Source: the human T2T-CHM13v2.0 reference genome, Homo sapiens
Strand: one strand, 5' to 3'
Length of the DNA: 64,000 nucleotides
Assembly (NCBI RefSeq): GCF_009914755.1
Contig: NC_060935.1
Shown: positions 15,513-37,455 of the stretch, in pieces
How the letters are laid out: each line of letters begins with the position of its first letter
Numbering within the stretch: the first letter of the stretch is position 1
Made by a program: the position numbers and the translations under genes
The notes under the pieces: model-generated
Seen by the model: only the letters and a program-made list of their open reading frames with translations
Databases searched by the model: none
Told to the model about the DNA's origin: nothing

Positions 15513-16052
15513 CAGGGGTCGCCAACCCCTGGACTATGAACCTGTCCATAGCCTCATCTCAGCAGGAGGTGAGAGGTGGGCAAGAGAGTGAGGCTTCATC
15601 TGTATTTACAGCCACTCCCCATCGCTTGCATTACTGCCGGAGCTCTTCCTCCTGTCAGATCAGTGTGGCATTAGATTCTCAGAGAAGCGCGAACCCTACT
15701 GTGAGCTGTGCATGTGAGGGATCAAGGTTGCATGCTCCTTATGAGAATCTAATGCCTGATGATCTGCCACTGTCTCCCATCACCCCGAGATGGGACCATC
15801 TAGTTGCAGGAAAACAAGCTCAGGGCTCCCACTGATTCTACATTATGGTGAGTTGAATAATTATTTAATTATGTGTTACAATGTAATAATAATAGAAATA
15901 AAGTGTGCAATATATGTGCTTGAATAATTTTAATCATCCCCAAACCATCTCCTGCTGCACACCGCCCCCCCCCCCCCCCCGCCCGCCAGTCTGTGGAAAA
16001 AATTGTCTTCCACGAAACCAGTCCCTGGTGCCAACAACTTTAGGGACTGCTG
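15513..16052 (+). mobile_element. MER1A hAT-Charlie element
   Basis: CAGGGGTC...GACTGCTG termini, 8-bp TSD atctaaga/ctctaaga, typical body; C16 run at 15965-15980. Confidence 0.88.
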
Positions 16053-16867
16053 CTCTAAGAGGAGAAGCAGAGGAAAGACAACCAGCTTTGGAAACTGATT
16101 AGGAAGATGGGGTTGATGTTTAGATATGAAGATGTGTATAACCAGAGGCTTCAGAAAGGTAAGTTGAGATCCATTCAGGTACTGCAGAGTTTGTCCTTCA
16201 CCCTTGAGGAAATAGGAATGCACCCATAAGAGGTATTAAAAAGAGGAATAATGTGATCTGATTTATATTTTAGTAAGGTAACTTGGCAGCCACATGGATT
16301 GCCTGGTTCAGTGGCAGTGAGAATAGATGGTGAGATCAAAACTGTCTACCTTAGATAGACTTTTGCTATAAAGGCCCAAGCAAGACAGGATAAGGGTCTG
16401 AACTTGGGAGTTTGTGAGGATGAAGAAGAGAAAATAGAATCTGTTCAAAGATTTGGAAATAGACTTTGAGGGGTAAGAGAAAATGAGATATGAAGATGAC
16501 TTCAGGGTTTCCAGAAGTACCATTAAGATACATGAGGAATATAAAAGAAGTAGAACTAAGAGATCAAGATAATTAGGCAGGTTGGGAACATACTGAATTT
16601 GAAACATCTATGGACAATCTAGAAACAAATATGTATTCAGTAACTGGAAATATATGAACTATTAATATTAAAAACTATGGCAAATGATACATGCAATAAA
16701 TACTTGTGAAATAACATAGCATGCTAAAACAGACCTTTCATTTCCAACTATTTCTTTGGAAAATACAGTTTTGTATAAGCCAAGAATTTTACAACAGTAT
16801 TAGATATTAAATTAACTGAAAGCATCAAAATATACTAAAATGCTTTTCCATCAAAAATTTTATTCAC

Positions 16868-17250
16868 TTTTTTTTCTCTTTTCTTTTATTTTGAGACAAG
16901 GCCTCACTCTGCAACCCAGGCTGGAGTGCAGTGGCACAATCATAGTTCACCTGCAGCCTCAACCTCCTGGGTTCAAGCGATCCTCCTACCTCTGCCTCCA
17001 AATGTGCTGGCATCACAGGCATGAGCCATCACATCCAGCACTATTTTTAAAAAGCTATAATTATGCAAAATTACAACTACTTTTTTAAACCTATACATAC
17101 AGGCTAGGTGTGGTGCTCACATCTGTAATCCCAGCACTTTGGGAGGCTGAGGTGGGAGGATTGCTTGAGCCCAGGGTTACAGTAAGCTATGATTGTGCCA
17201 CTATACTTCAGCCTGGGCAATAAAGGGATACCTTGTCACTTAAACAAACA
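16868..17250. mobile_element. Two shortened or monomeric Alus, head-to-head
   Basis: Minus copy ~16868-17040; plus copy ~17102-17250. Confidence 0.75.
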
Positions 17251-18081
17251 AACCTCTACACAGAAAGAAATGCAAGAGAATTTTCAATTATAAACCAAGA
17301 TATTTCATACTATCTGCATTATCTTGCACATTTAATTAAGTACATATTCACAATGTGTTCACCAATATAATGGCTCTCAGTTAAAAAACAGACAAAGTAA
17401 ATAAAACTATCTTATCATTTACTTTGTGTGCCTAGTTAAGTCATACAAATTTAATTGCTGATAAAAGCTATAAAATTTCAGTGCAGTAGATAGAAGTTTG
17501 ATGGCTAATGTACCTAAATGAAGAGTCAGGAAACCACAGGTCTATTCCTGCCTTTATTCTCTCCCTATCTAAGATCAAATTACATAAGTACATAATTCAT
17601 CATGTGTTCATAGATATGAGTCTGTTGGTCTTCCACAAAGACAAGGTAAAGCTATTACCTAATCCTCTCTGCATATGTAATAAAGCCAATTTACTTTGTG
17701 ATAAATGGCAATAACATTTCAGAGGTAAGTAATAAATGAGTGGAAAGAATCTAAACAAAGGAATCTGTAACCTTGGCTTCATTCCCAATTCCTACAAACA
17801 AGTTACTAACTGACCTTGAAAGATCCAGTGGACTGTTCTGTAACTTACTTGCAAACAATGTTAAAATAGGGAGAATGTTATGCCTTTTATGCCTTTCCTG
17901 AAAGTTGTTTTAAGACAATATAGATTTTCAGGACTGGAAAAAACAAAGATCTCAAAAGACCACTGAATCCCATCTCTAACATTATTACCAAAAGACCCTC
18001 TGTGGTTTTCTGCCACAAACTGAGTGAGAACTCTAGGGGGGAAAATGTTGTTTGTTTATTACAGACTCAAGTTTTTTCATC

Positions 18082-20341
<2,260 letters not shown>

Positions 20342-20529
20342 TTTACCTATAAGCAATTCCCACTCAAGATAGGCAACTCGATTTTTGAAAAATGATGGAA
20401 TTATATAATACAAGCATACAATTTTAGAACTAGACAGAACTTCAAAATAAAGTTTTACTCATATTTTGCAGAAACAGAAAGTAAGACCTCCAGAATCTGT
20501 CTTGCTCGAATCTGGTCATCTATCATTGT

Positions 20530-21285
20530 TCTCTATCATCTCAGCTAGAGATACAGGACTCATCCTTAACACTCACTGCCTCTTTCACGAATCCTATACC
20601 CAACTTATTACTTGGTGCTATTATTAATTACTTAATGCTATTAATCCTTTTGCCTCTGCCTACCTCTTTTTTTTTTTAATCCACCAAGCCACACACTGTT
20701 ATCTTTTCTGGACTCCAGCAATAACCTCCTAGCTGGTCTCATGTCGACTTGTGCCCCTACAATTAGTTCTCAAGACTGCATACAGAGTTAATGTATTGAA
20801 ATACAATTGCAGTGATCTTACCTCTTCTCCAATCTCCCTCACTCTCCAGACCCATTTGTTGACTTCTGATCACTGGTCATTGGTTTGCCCTTGTCCTGAG
20901 CTCAAGTCATTCTGGCCTTCTATAATTCCTAGAATATGATGATTCTGCATCCAAGCCACTAGGACTTTGCATGTGCAGTTCCTGCAGCCCCATTCACCTA
21001 GTTGACACCTAATTATCCTGCAGATCTAAATCACAGTTCAAGTCTATACTAACTTCCCTGCTACAATCTCCAGGTTAGCTTTTCTTTGTAGCACTAAATC
21101 ACAGTTACATTGTTAATGGTTGGATTTTCAAAAATTGATATCTGTCTTCTTTAATAGAATACAAGTCTTTAAATGCAAGGACAATGTACATTTTATTTGT
21201 GTGCTTTAGCACTTAGCACAGTGCCCAGAGCATTATAAAATGTCTGATAACTATTTGTTAAGTGGCTGGATGAATGAATAAATGC
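20530..21285 (+). mobile_element. L2 LINE 3' remnant
   Basis: Ends in agcacagtgccc...tttgtt...gatgaatgaataaatg. Confidence 0.55.
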
Positions 21286-21660
21286 ATGAAATCATCCAAG
21301 AAGTTAATGAGGGACTAAAATCTAGGTTTTCTGACTCCACATTTAATGTTACTTACAACCCACCTGCTGTTCTCAATTTGATGTACTCAACTCTGAGTAT
21401 CAACATAATGCATTTATCAAGTGCAAAGAAAATCACTGATATTCCTCAAATATCGTATTTGGCAATACTAGTGGAATACGATATCTAGATAAGGTTACTG
21501 TATTGAAATGACAAGGTTGTACTGTGGACCTGTTTACTTTGTGACTTTGCCACTTATTTCCTAAAATATCACCATTACTTAAAACAATTCAAGAGCAGCC
21601 TACTCTTCCAAAATAAATTGCTTTATACAAGTTGAGATTCAATAAGTTAGTAACTGAATG

Positions 21661-21830
21661 AGCTGAGTGAGGTGGTGTGCACTTGTAGTCCCAGTTACTC
21701 AGGAGGCTGAGGTGCAAAGATCACGTGAGCTTATGAGTTTGAGTCCAGCCTGAATATAGCAAGACCTGTCTAAAACAACAACAACAACAACAACAACAAC
21801 CACCCAAAAAAACAAAAACAAACAAAAAAA
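21661..21830 (+). mobile_element. FLAM/Alu monomer with (CAA)n tail
   Basis: Single 7SL-derived arm. Confidence 0.75.
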
Positions 21831-22280
21831 CCAGTAACAATATATGAATGCCTTTTAATATAATAAGTTAATATATAAATGTAATGATTACAGTTAAATT
21901 TGGAGGGACTGTCTGAGTCACAGTTGGCTGTTACTTGTAAGTATTCAGGAGCTATGGTGAAAAAGGGTGGCAAGCTCTAGGCTTTTTGTAAATCTACTTG
22001 GATCCTTGACCTAGTCCAACTGTTAGTCTCTGGAATGCTTTTCAAGCCACTGGGCTATGCCTCTGTTCCCTGTCTCAAGAAGCTTTCTCTGGCCTGTGTA
22101 ATGATCTGATTCCAAAAGAGTGAACAAGATGGCACTGAAGCATTGAGATAGTAGCCATCCAATGCTCTGCACCCCTTTGGCGGCTTACTGTCAGTTGTAC
22201 TGTAGACCTGATGGCTTCCAGGACACACATGCAGGTGTTATAGTAAGTTATTCAGGGGAAACAGAAGAGTGACATTCTCA

Positions 22281-23133
<853 letters not shown>

Positions 23134-24053
23134 AGCTGACAGAGGCTCAAGTGTGATTTATTTAAATTTCAAGGTAACTCAGACTACTCATCTTCACATT
23201 CATGTCTTCATTCTTCACACAAATAATCATCTAAGGTTATTCTGTAACATCCAAATCCAAGTTGTCTCTCCTTTGTTAGAGTTCTTTTATTCTCTAATTT
23301 TTTTCTGGATTTCAAGATAACAACCATTTGTTATCTTTGGTTGATAACAGAAGTTTGTTATGTAAACAAATGCTATCAACCATTTGTTCACCTAGCAAAC
23401 TTTTGTTAAGACCTGCAAAGGAACAAGCACCATAAAAGCACCAGGGTTAAGATACTTGCACATATTATTTCAATATACTCTTCATCATTTTAGTACATTT
23501 GTATAACATACTGCAATTGCTAACGCATATGCACATGCTTTACTTCTAAATCACATTTTAGATAATTTCTTTCTGTGCAAGTTCTTGTAGACCTAATCCA
23601 AAGTATACTTACTCACTCTTTGGCTTCAAATAATATAACTTGTCTGCTTTTTAACCATTTTTCTTTCCGAATATCCCACTGAAAGCTGATCTAACATTGG
23701 GCCTATGGACCTTGGCCCTGCCTGAATTCTCTTGAGGGCCAAGGGCCCTCCAGCATCACAGACTGTCTGAGACAAAATAATTCATTTGTGCTAGCCCAGG
23801 GGGGACATATGAATCACTTGGGTGAAGGTCAGAATCATCACACACACAAAAAAAGACCCAGATGACTCAGCATTTTGTATTATAGAATGCACAAAAATGA
23901 AAATCCACTTGATCTGTGTCTTGTTTTTTTTTCCAGGGCATAATACAACAATTAGAAACCAGAAAATCTACTTAGACTGTAGGCCCTAGAGTGATTCCTT
24001 ATAGTTTTAATTATTCATAATCTATAAAATTATACCTGATATTTGTAGCTAAG

Positions 24054-24397
24054 TGTATTAGTTGGTTCTCACATTGCTATGAAGAAATACCCGAGACTGG
24101 GTAATTTATAAAGAAAAGAGGTTTAATTGACTCACAGCTCCGCATGGCTGGGGAGGCCTCAGGAAACTTACAATCATGGCAGAAGGGGAAGCACAAACAT
24201 CTTTCTTCAGATGATGGCAGAAAGGAGAAGAGCCAAGCAAAAGGGGGGAAAGTCCCTTATAAAACCATCAGATCTTGTGAGAACTCACTCATTATCATGA
24301 GAACAGCAGTATGGGGGTAACCATCTTCATGATTCAGTTACTTCCCATGGGGTCTCTTCACAACATGTGGGGATTATGGAAACTGCAATTCAAGATG
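24054..24397 (-). mobile_element. THE1-family MaLR LTR
   Basis: tgtattag...gagactgggtaatttataaagaaaagaggtttaattgactcacag...ggaggcctcaggaaacttacaatcatggc. Confidence 0.85.
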
Positions 24398-25275
24398 GCA
24401 TTAGCAAACCAGATTGCTAAGTAATCACCGTTTTTCACCAGGTGACAATTTCTACCAAAAACCTATAATAAAACATTAAGCTAAAAAGAAAAGTGAACTC
24501 ATCATTTCACAAGCTATGCCTTAAAAGTCTTACAAAATGTTTACTTGCTTGTATATTAGAGTCAGAGACTATTTATGGCAGAGATTTTGTATATTAGCAA
24601 AAGAAAAATAAAATTATTAACATGCTTTTTAGAGTAAGAAATGTATGACTTGCAGTTTAATGCAATGTTAATAAATATGACACTGCTCATCTCATAAAAG
24701 TAATGCTCTGGTTTTTACTTTTCCATAAAGCTGAGTCATATATTTTAAATAGGATGTCAAAATAACAATTTCCTTCAAAGAATTTCCTTGTTTCTTTAAA
24801 TGGAGAGGAAAAATGGTGTTAAAATGTAAGAGCCCCATGACATTCAATGCTTTGAAGAATATGGTAAGACAGGCTATCTTATATACTTTTATATACTTTC
24901 AATAGGAGTGTAAATTGGTGCAAAATTCCTAAAAATCAATTTGGCGTTATGTATCAGAAGTCTTAAATATATTTATATTCTTTGGTCATTTATCAGTTTC
25001 TAATAATCTGAACTAAAAAATAAGAACATGGCTTAACACAAACATACAAAGATATTCAACACAGCCTTATATATAATAGTGAAAACTTGAGAACGTACTA
25101 AGTGTTCCCCCAAAAAAGTTAAATAAATTATATTATACAATGTGTAACATAATATAACAACGTATGTAATAAACAATGTAATGTTTCTTATTCAAAAGAA
25201 AAATTGCATTAAAAATTATGTCACTATATGTAAAAATGCTTATAATGTAATGTTAAATTAAAATCAAAATACAAG

Positions 25276-25906
<631 letters not shown>

Positions 25907-25959
25907 TTACATGCAATATAATCCCAATTTCAACAAATTGCTGTGTTTAAGTGTCCATT

Positions 25960-28600
<2,641 letters not shown>

Positions 28601-29957
28601 ACATTTTAATCATTATTTGAAATTTCAGCAATTACTTTAATATAATTTTTAAATTTGCACCAAATACAGACAAGATCAAGTCATGTTTTAATTTTTCTAG
28701 GAAATGTATTAATGGATATATAAAGTCTCCAGTTACTAAAAATTAAGAATGCCCCTATTAATATTTAAAACACAAATGTTTGACTTCTTTAGGACAGTTT
28801 ACTAATAAAACCTTTAATGATTTGAGTTTTAGGACTATTTTCTCTTCACAACCAACAATTTAGATTTTAGTTATAATATGACAAGGCAGTTAAAATTGGA
28901 GATGTGCTAATGAAGCAGCAATTGCTGCCATGTGCTAATGAATACAGATATTTGGTTACAAAGATATATATGTATAAGCCTTGAGTTATACATTGTAGAT
29001 GATGTTTGAGTATCAGGTTACCTTTGCTCCTCTCTCTTCTTTGAATGAATGGAGACCAGGCTGCCATATGGGCAATGTGTCTTTCCTTATTTAATATAGT
29101 GTAGCCTCACAAGCATGTATTTTAGGAGATTTGGACTAAGGTAAAGTCAGCTTTGATAGAGACTAACAAAGTCAAAAGAGAACCACCAAAAATAAAATTC
29201 CCCAAACACCCCCAAATCAAAAAGCTGATACCAAAGACCCATTGTTTATCGTAGGTGCATAATGTACCATTTTATGAAAATATACAAAGATATTATTATA
29301 ACTTCTACACAGATTGTCAGGAAATCCTTTTTTAAAAAAGGAAAAGACCCACACGTAATTTACTATTACTTGGAAAAATCCATTGGTTTGTGTGATAAAC
29401 ACTAAAATAGACTGATTATTCATCTGGCTAGATGCCAAGCCGTTCTTCTGTGAACTCTAAGATAATGGCCCTTCATTGTTCTGTGTGTTATCGTTGCCAA
29501 TTCCTGTCAGACTGGTCCTCAGCAGTTAGTGGGCTTCTGTCATTTATCAAAAGTCTGAAGCTTAAAAGTCTCTCTCTGCTTGTCTGAAACAACAACTCAT
29601 TTGTTTATTAAACATGCATTTGATGAAATTTCCAAGGTTCACATGTGATAAAGTAAACTTCCACTATTTGTAAATTGAGGAAATGTGTAAACCCATATTG
29701 CCTTAGGAAAAATTATGCAATCAGCTACAGTTATCTTTGGGATGGCCATCTTCTCTAGTTTAACAATGAATCCTTCTAGATAAGAATTTTCTGTAATTTT
29801 AAGGGAGTCGTATTTGATAAAATATAAGCTAACTCCAGCAGACTGTGTTAGTAATAGTGTTATAAAATTATACAACCTTAAAGACCTGATTTTATCTAAG
29901 AATACATTCTCAAAAAATTCCTGTGCTGGCTTTGTTCCTCTGGAGATAAAGATTTAG

Positions 29958-30325
<368 letters not shown>

Positions 30326-32379
30326 CACTATTTAACTTCCATGCTACAGAAGCTAAAAAATTTGTTTGCCGAAAATCCTTCTTGCATGTTAATTACATAG
30401 TCGTTCAGTTCTATCTTTTGTAGCACTGGGAACTATTTTGTCATTTGGACTCTAAACCTTTTAAAGTGCATTTTTTACAACTCTCCAAATGTAGGTTAAT
30501 GAAACAAAGATAATATCAACTCAGACATTATCTCACAAACTTATGAGTGTGCTCTCTTTTGGTAGGTGCATTGAGTGTCATTTAGACAAGACTGCAAAGG
30601 AGACTAGTGAAAATAGGGAGACAAAGACATAAATCATGCATTTACTTCCTAAATTCACTTTGGAAAGCTATGTTGGAAAGTAAGCATCAGAAACAGAAAA
30701 GAAAGAAGGGAAAGATAGGAAGGAGGATTGTAAAATACTTAATGGACACAGAAAATAATAAAAGTTTGTTAATTTTACACTTTATTTGTAAAGATTCTGT
30801 AGAAGAGATTAAGGAAAGACAATGTATAAATCCTAACTCAAAGGAGGAAAGTGTATTTAAAAAAATAGAAAGTTTTTTTTTGAGGGGGATAGATTTTTTA
30901 AAATCCCTCAATCTGGGCCACTTCAGAGTTCTGAAAGCAGCTGGGTGTCCCATAAGGGTATCCGGGCACTTTCTGTCAGCAAGATAGAGTGAGCTAGAGA
31001 ACAAGGCTGATTGCTTGCACAGGCCTTTCCTGACTTCCTCAAAGCTCTTAGATGTACTAGGGGTTCCCTGCACAATCAGCCCATGAGTTCATTTCTCATC
31101 TCTGGTGTTGACCTCTGTTGCTGTACTCAAGGTTGTAGCCATTCTGTTCTGTGGAAAGGGTGAAGGAAGGAGGAAAGGACAAGGCAGGAAGCTAGGTAGG
31201 GATCAGGTAGAGGGTTTGATTTTAAGGTCATTTAATGGTCTGAGCAGTTATAGGGGCTGATTTTGAACTTAAGTCACTGCCCCTGGATGGGTACCTTGGT
31301 TAGGGCCTGCACTCCTGGTTTCCCCTTATATTAAAGGCAGCGGAGACTACTTATTTCAGGAGCAGTGCTAAGATAAGATGACAGGATTTCCCCTGTGAGA
31401 GAAGACAAATGCTTTTCTTTAGGATAACAAACATTCCACAATTCCATAGAGGCAATCCTTTATTTGTTTCTCTTGCCCGGACAATGGGAAATCACATTAT
31501 GCCCTTTCACCTTATGCCCAAGGCCACTGTGCAAGCACAAACTTCCAGGAAAAGCATAAAGATAAGGTAAGAATCTCTAGGAAGGAAGGTATTAGTGTGC
31601 CCTACTGTTCAGAACTCTGCCCCATCCTACTTCCTCACTCTTCTCCCAGCCTCAGATTCTCTGGCTCTCACCTACCTTATCTGCTTCTGGAGCATTTCCA
31701 TTATTTATCCCGATGTAGGTGTAGGAAATCAGTTTTCCTTTTGGTTCATCTGGGACTTGGTTGGAATTAAAAGAGAAAAACAAACCCCAAAATAAATAAA
31801 CTCAAGGAAAAGAGAGAAAATATCAGAGCACAGAAATGGATAGGTTTACAAAACTCAGATTTTTTTTTTCTTTTATCCTAATCTCCCTGAGGTCTAGTGA
31901 TAGCCTGGTTGGATTGGCAGTTTGTAAAGTGCACAGCTTCAATTATTTCTGGCCTCCACACTGTCTGGGCTGACAGGATGGAGGCTAGACTGAGCTCCTT
32001 GGATTTCTGGTCCAATGTTACTTTAAACAAATCATCCCTGGTGGAATCTCAGGAAAAATGCTGGGTCTTTTTGGAACTCGGTTCTGTGTCTATTTTCTGG
32101 GATTAGCCTTTAGATTATCTGTCATCCCCAGGTCGGGACTCAACTGATTTTCCTTCAAATAGACTCCTGACTCCCTGGGCCCAGCTTTCTTCTTCTTTCT
32201 AAGTTAAAAAAAAAAAAAAATTCCCTCTCTGCTCTGCAAGGAATCTGCCCTCAATCCCAAGGCCTTCATATTCAGCACTGGCAGTCCAGTTAGTCTTTGT
32301 GGCCTTGATCCCTGGAAATACAGCTCTTGCTTTAATCCTGTGTTTACTAACTTGGTTAATTAGTCTGATGGATACTCCT

Positions 32380-33030
32380 TTTTTTTTTTTTCCTTTTCTT
32401 TTCTTTTTTTGACGTAGGATCTCATTCTATCACCCAGGCTGCAGTGCAATGGTATTATCATGGCTTACTGCAGCCTCCGCCTCCTGAGCTGATCTTCCCA
32501 CCTCAGCCTCCTGAGTAGCTGGGACTACAGGCTTGCACCACCATTCCCAGATAATCTTTTTGTGGAATTTTTTTTTTTTTTTTTTTTTTTTGGAGATGGA
32601 GTCTCACTTTGTCAGGAGACTCCAGTCTTACTCTGTCAGGCTGGAGTGCAATGGTGCGATCTCTGCTCACTGCAACCTCCGCCCCCTGGGGTTCAAGCGA
32701 TTCTCCTGCCTCAGCCTCCCGAGTAGCTGGGATTACAGGCGCCTGCCACCACACCTGGCTAACTCTTGTATTTTTAGTAGAGACAGGGTTTCGCCATGTT
32801 GGCCAGGCTGGTCTCGAATTCCTGACCCCAGGTGATCTGCCCGCCTCGGCCTCCCAAATTGCTGGGATTACAGGCATGAGCCACTGTGCCCGGCTGATTT
32901 TTTCGTGTTTTATACAGACAGGGTATCGCCATGTTGCCCAGGCCAGCCTCAAATTCCTGGCCTCAAGCAATCCTCCTGCCTTGGCCTCCCAAAGTGTTGG
33001 GATTACAGGCATGAGTCACCACGCCTGGCC
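32380..33030 (-). mobile_element. AluJ with nested AluS (~32568-32894)
   Basis: Right arm, full Alu, left arm. Confidence 0.88.
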
Positions 33031-33339
33031 CTAATGGATCCTCTTGAGTATCAGATTCTCTGAGACAACTCATCACTCAGAGATATCCCCCTTCATGGGA
33101 GTGGGCTCACTGGAGCTGACCACTTTCATTACACAATTTAAAAACACAAAAACAAACACACATATATACAGCCCTGCTTGCCACCAAGGAAACAGGAGGG
33201 ATGTTTTTACCACAATTCTTAGATTTCCCCATCCCAAGCTTCTTTTCTACAAAGGTGTAAAACCCCTGACCAAATAATTATGGGGCCCTGGCTATAGTTT
33301 TCACATTAAACAGCTGAGCTCCGAGGGGCAGGATTACAT

Positions 33340-33590
33340 AAAGGTCAAGTACATAGGCTCTGGGGGCAGATCATTGGATTTGAATCCTAGCTTTGCTGCT
33401 TATTAGCTGATTGACTATTGGCAAATTACTTATTGAGTCCTTGCCTTAGTTTTCCCATCTGGAATATGGAGGGAAATAATAGTGACTACTTTTACGGCCA
33501 CTGTAGCAATTTAATTAATACGTGTAAAGAACATAAAACAGGGCCTGGTACATTGTAAGTACTCTGTAAATGTCAGCCACCATCATTACC
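33340..33590 (+). mobile_element. MIR
   Basis: ggatttgaatcctagctttgctgcttattagctg...ggcaaattactt...agttttcccatctg core. Confidence 0.7.
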
Positions 33591-33964
33591 ACTGTACAGG
33601 TCTCTTGGACAGTTAGATTTTAAAAAGTAATGGTTGGTGTAGTGGTGTTAGCAGTAGGATTGAAACTAAAATTTAGAGATTAGTTACGGGTAACTCCAGT
33701 GTTCCCTACAATAATAGTTGAGTTAAAACAGTGAACAAGATGGACTATGAAACAGTTCATTGAAACGTTAAACAACATTGTTTCTGTTGCAGGGTTCAGG
33801 AACCATCTAAGGGGTCTGCAGCCTTTTGTATTTGTGCCAGTGTTCACCTTTTCAGGAAAGTATCCACCAAAGTCATTTCTTTTTATGACTAACTCTTCTT
33901 GTTTCTTGATTTTCTTGTCCAACTCTCCTAGCTCACTATGTATCTAGATTCTATCTAACATGGA

Positions 33965-34890
<926 letters not shown>

Positions 34891-35199
34891 TTTAGCTAGC
34901 TCTGGTAGAAAGTGAGATTCAGCTGATATCCTCATCTCCCTTCACACACCAAAATAAATATTTGATACATAAAAAATGAAATTTTACAAAGTACAGAAAA
35001 AGATAAGAGAGATTTGAAGTAATTAAGATGGACTGAACACATACATTTTCTCTTTTCTTCTTAAATCCTATCTTAGAAACTAACCTAAGCACCTGCAAGG
35101 AGAAGGTAAAACAAGAAAATAAAATTATTTTTGCCTGTGAGTTCCAGAAAGATTTAGGCATGTGGTCCCCAGTAACTTTTGAAAATAGGGGCATAAGAT

Positions 35200-35955
<756 letters not shown>

Positions 35956-36683
35956 TTTCCTTTAGGAATTATTCTTCAGTAAGTCTTAACAATTTATTGC
36001 AAAATATTATTTATTTTAGTGATGACTTAAAGCCTGGGCTCTGGGGCATTGCTCAGCCTTTCTCATCCATTGAAAGGGTTAGTGAAGGAACATCATTTAT
36101 TAAGACTGGATCTATGGTCAGCCCAATGTTGGCAGATCCACACATCCACATTTGCACAGGCTGATACAAATTTTGTTAGCTGAAAAGAGCCAATGCTTCA
36201 GAAGAATCTAATAGCTAATCTGACTTTGCATTATAGATCATGCTCTTCTTATCAACTCCAAGGTGCCTCACTTGTAATCTAAGAATTTTCAGGATATAAT
36301 TTAGTTTTTAAAATAAGTAATCCATTCCTCATGCAGAAATATAATCAACTGGTGCAAAAAAGTATCCTCAAACTTGAGCAGCCTCATCTTCTTCTTGGAA
36401 GAAAGAAACAGAAGTTATCCTGCACTTCTATTATTCAGGGAAAAAACAGACAATAGACAATGAAGGTTGCGGAGATGACAGTGGAGGATGATGGTGGGCC
36501 AGCACTGGTGGGGGCTGTGGCTGCTGCTAAGGAGACGGAAGTGGAGAAGATGGCACTCGAGACAATGACTAAGGAGATGACGGCAGATATGATCACAATA
36601 GACCCAATGGCTGCTGAGGCAGAGGTAGCAGAGACAACCTGTATGATAGGTGGTCTAACGTGGTGTCTCCTCTGTGGTGAATC

Positions 36684-37455
36684 TGAAACAGGAAAAGTTC
36701 CCTCATTTCCCTCGAAGAGCGAGCTGTGGGGTGTGGCTCACTTCTTCCTTGCCCTGCTCCTCAAACTTCTAGGGGGAGCATGCAGACGGGCAGGTTGTGG
36801 GGACTGCATCCCACGGCAGCAGCGTCTAGGGTTGAGTATTTACAGCTCCTGAAGCCCCAGTGGGCGTGTGTTACAGTGCGTTCTTCCAGTTTAGCTATCC
36901 GCAGGCGGCTTGTGTTACTCAGCTCAATTAGACCCCTGCCTTACTGCAAGGACAGAGGGCTTTCTGTATCCCAGGATTCTTGCCTTAGTGTACCGGAAAA
37001 ATCAGAAGACACGTGGGCTTGGAGGATGGGTGCAAGGTTTTGTATTGAGTGGTGGTAGCTCTCAGTGAGGTGGTTGGGGAGGCCAGAAGGGGGATAGAGT
37101 GGGAAGGTACTTTTCCCCTGGAGTCGGCCACCCAGAGTCTGGGCTCTCCTCCCACCACCCTGGCCAAACTCCGCATCGTTCTGCCACTCAATGGCCTGCC
37201 GTCGTCTGCCAGTACTTGGTGTGCTCTTCCGCAGGTGTGTTCCTCTTGACGTCCAGCCGCTTGTGTCTCTGCCCACCAGGGTCTCGGGGTTTTTATAGGC
37301 ATAGGATGGGGATGCGGCCCAAATCCAACATTTGGGCACTGAAAACAGAAATGCCTATCCTCACCTAGGTCCGTGAGCATAGGCCAGGGGGTGGAGCTCT
37401 AGCCGAGGACCTGCCCTTCTCCACCCAAAACTTCCCTGACCCCCCTCCCGTTTCA
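36684..37455 (-). mobile_element. LTR1/MER52-group ERV1 solo LTR
   Basis: TGAAAC...TTTCA termini, perfect 4-bp TSD aatc (36680-36683, 37456-37459); minus strand starts TGAAACGGGAGGGGGGTCAGGGAAG. Confidence 0.8.

Noticed and set aside
29330-29430. Resemblance of one translation to SAMD9-family or TPR segments
   Set aside because: Similarity is too short and the expected downstream motifs are absent.
30607-31073. Antiparallel 126/128-aa ORFs
   Set aside because: Non-ATG starts, no domain, no supporting splice structure.
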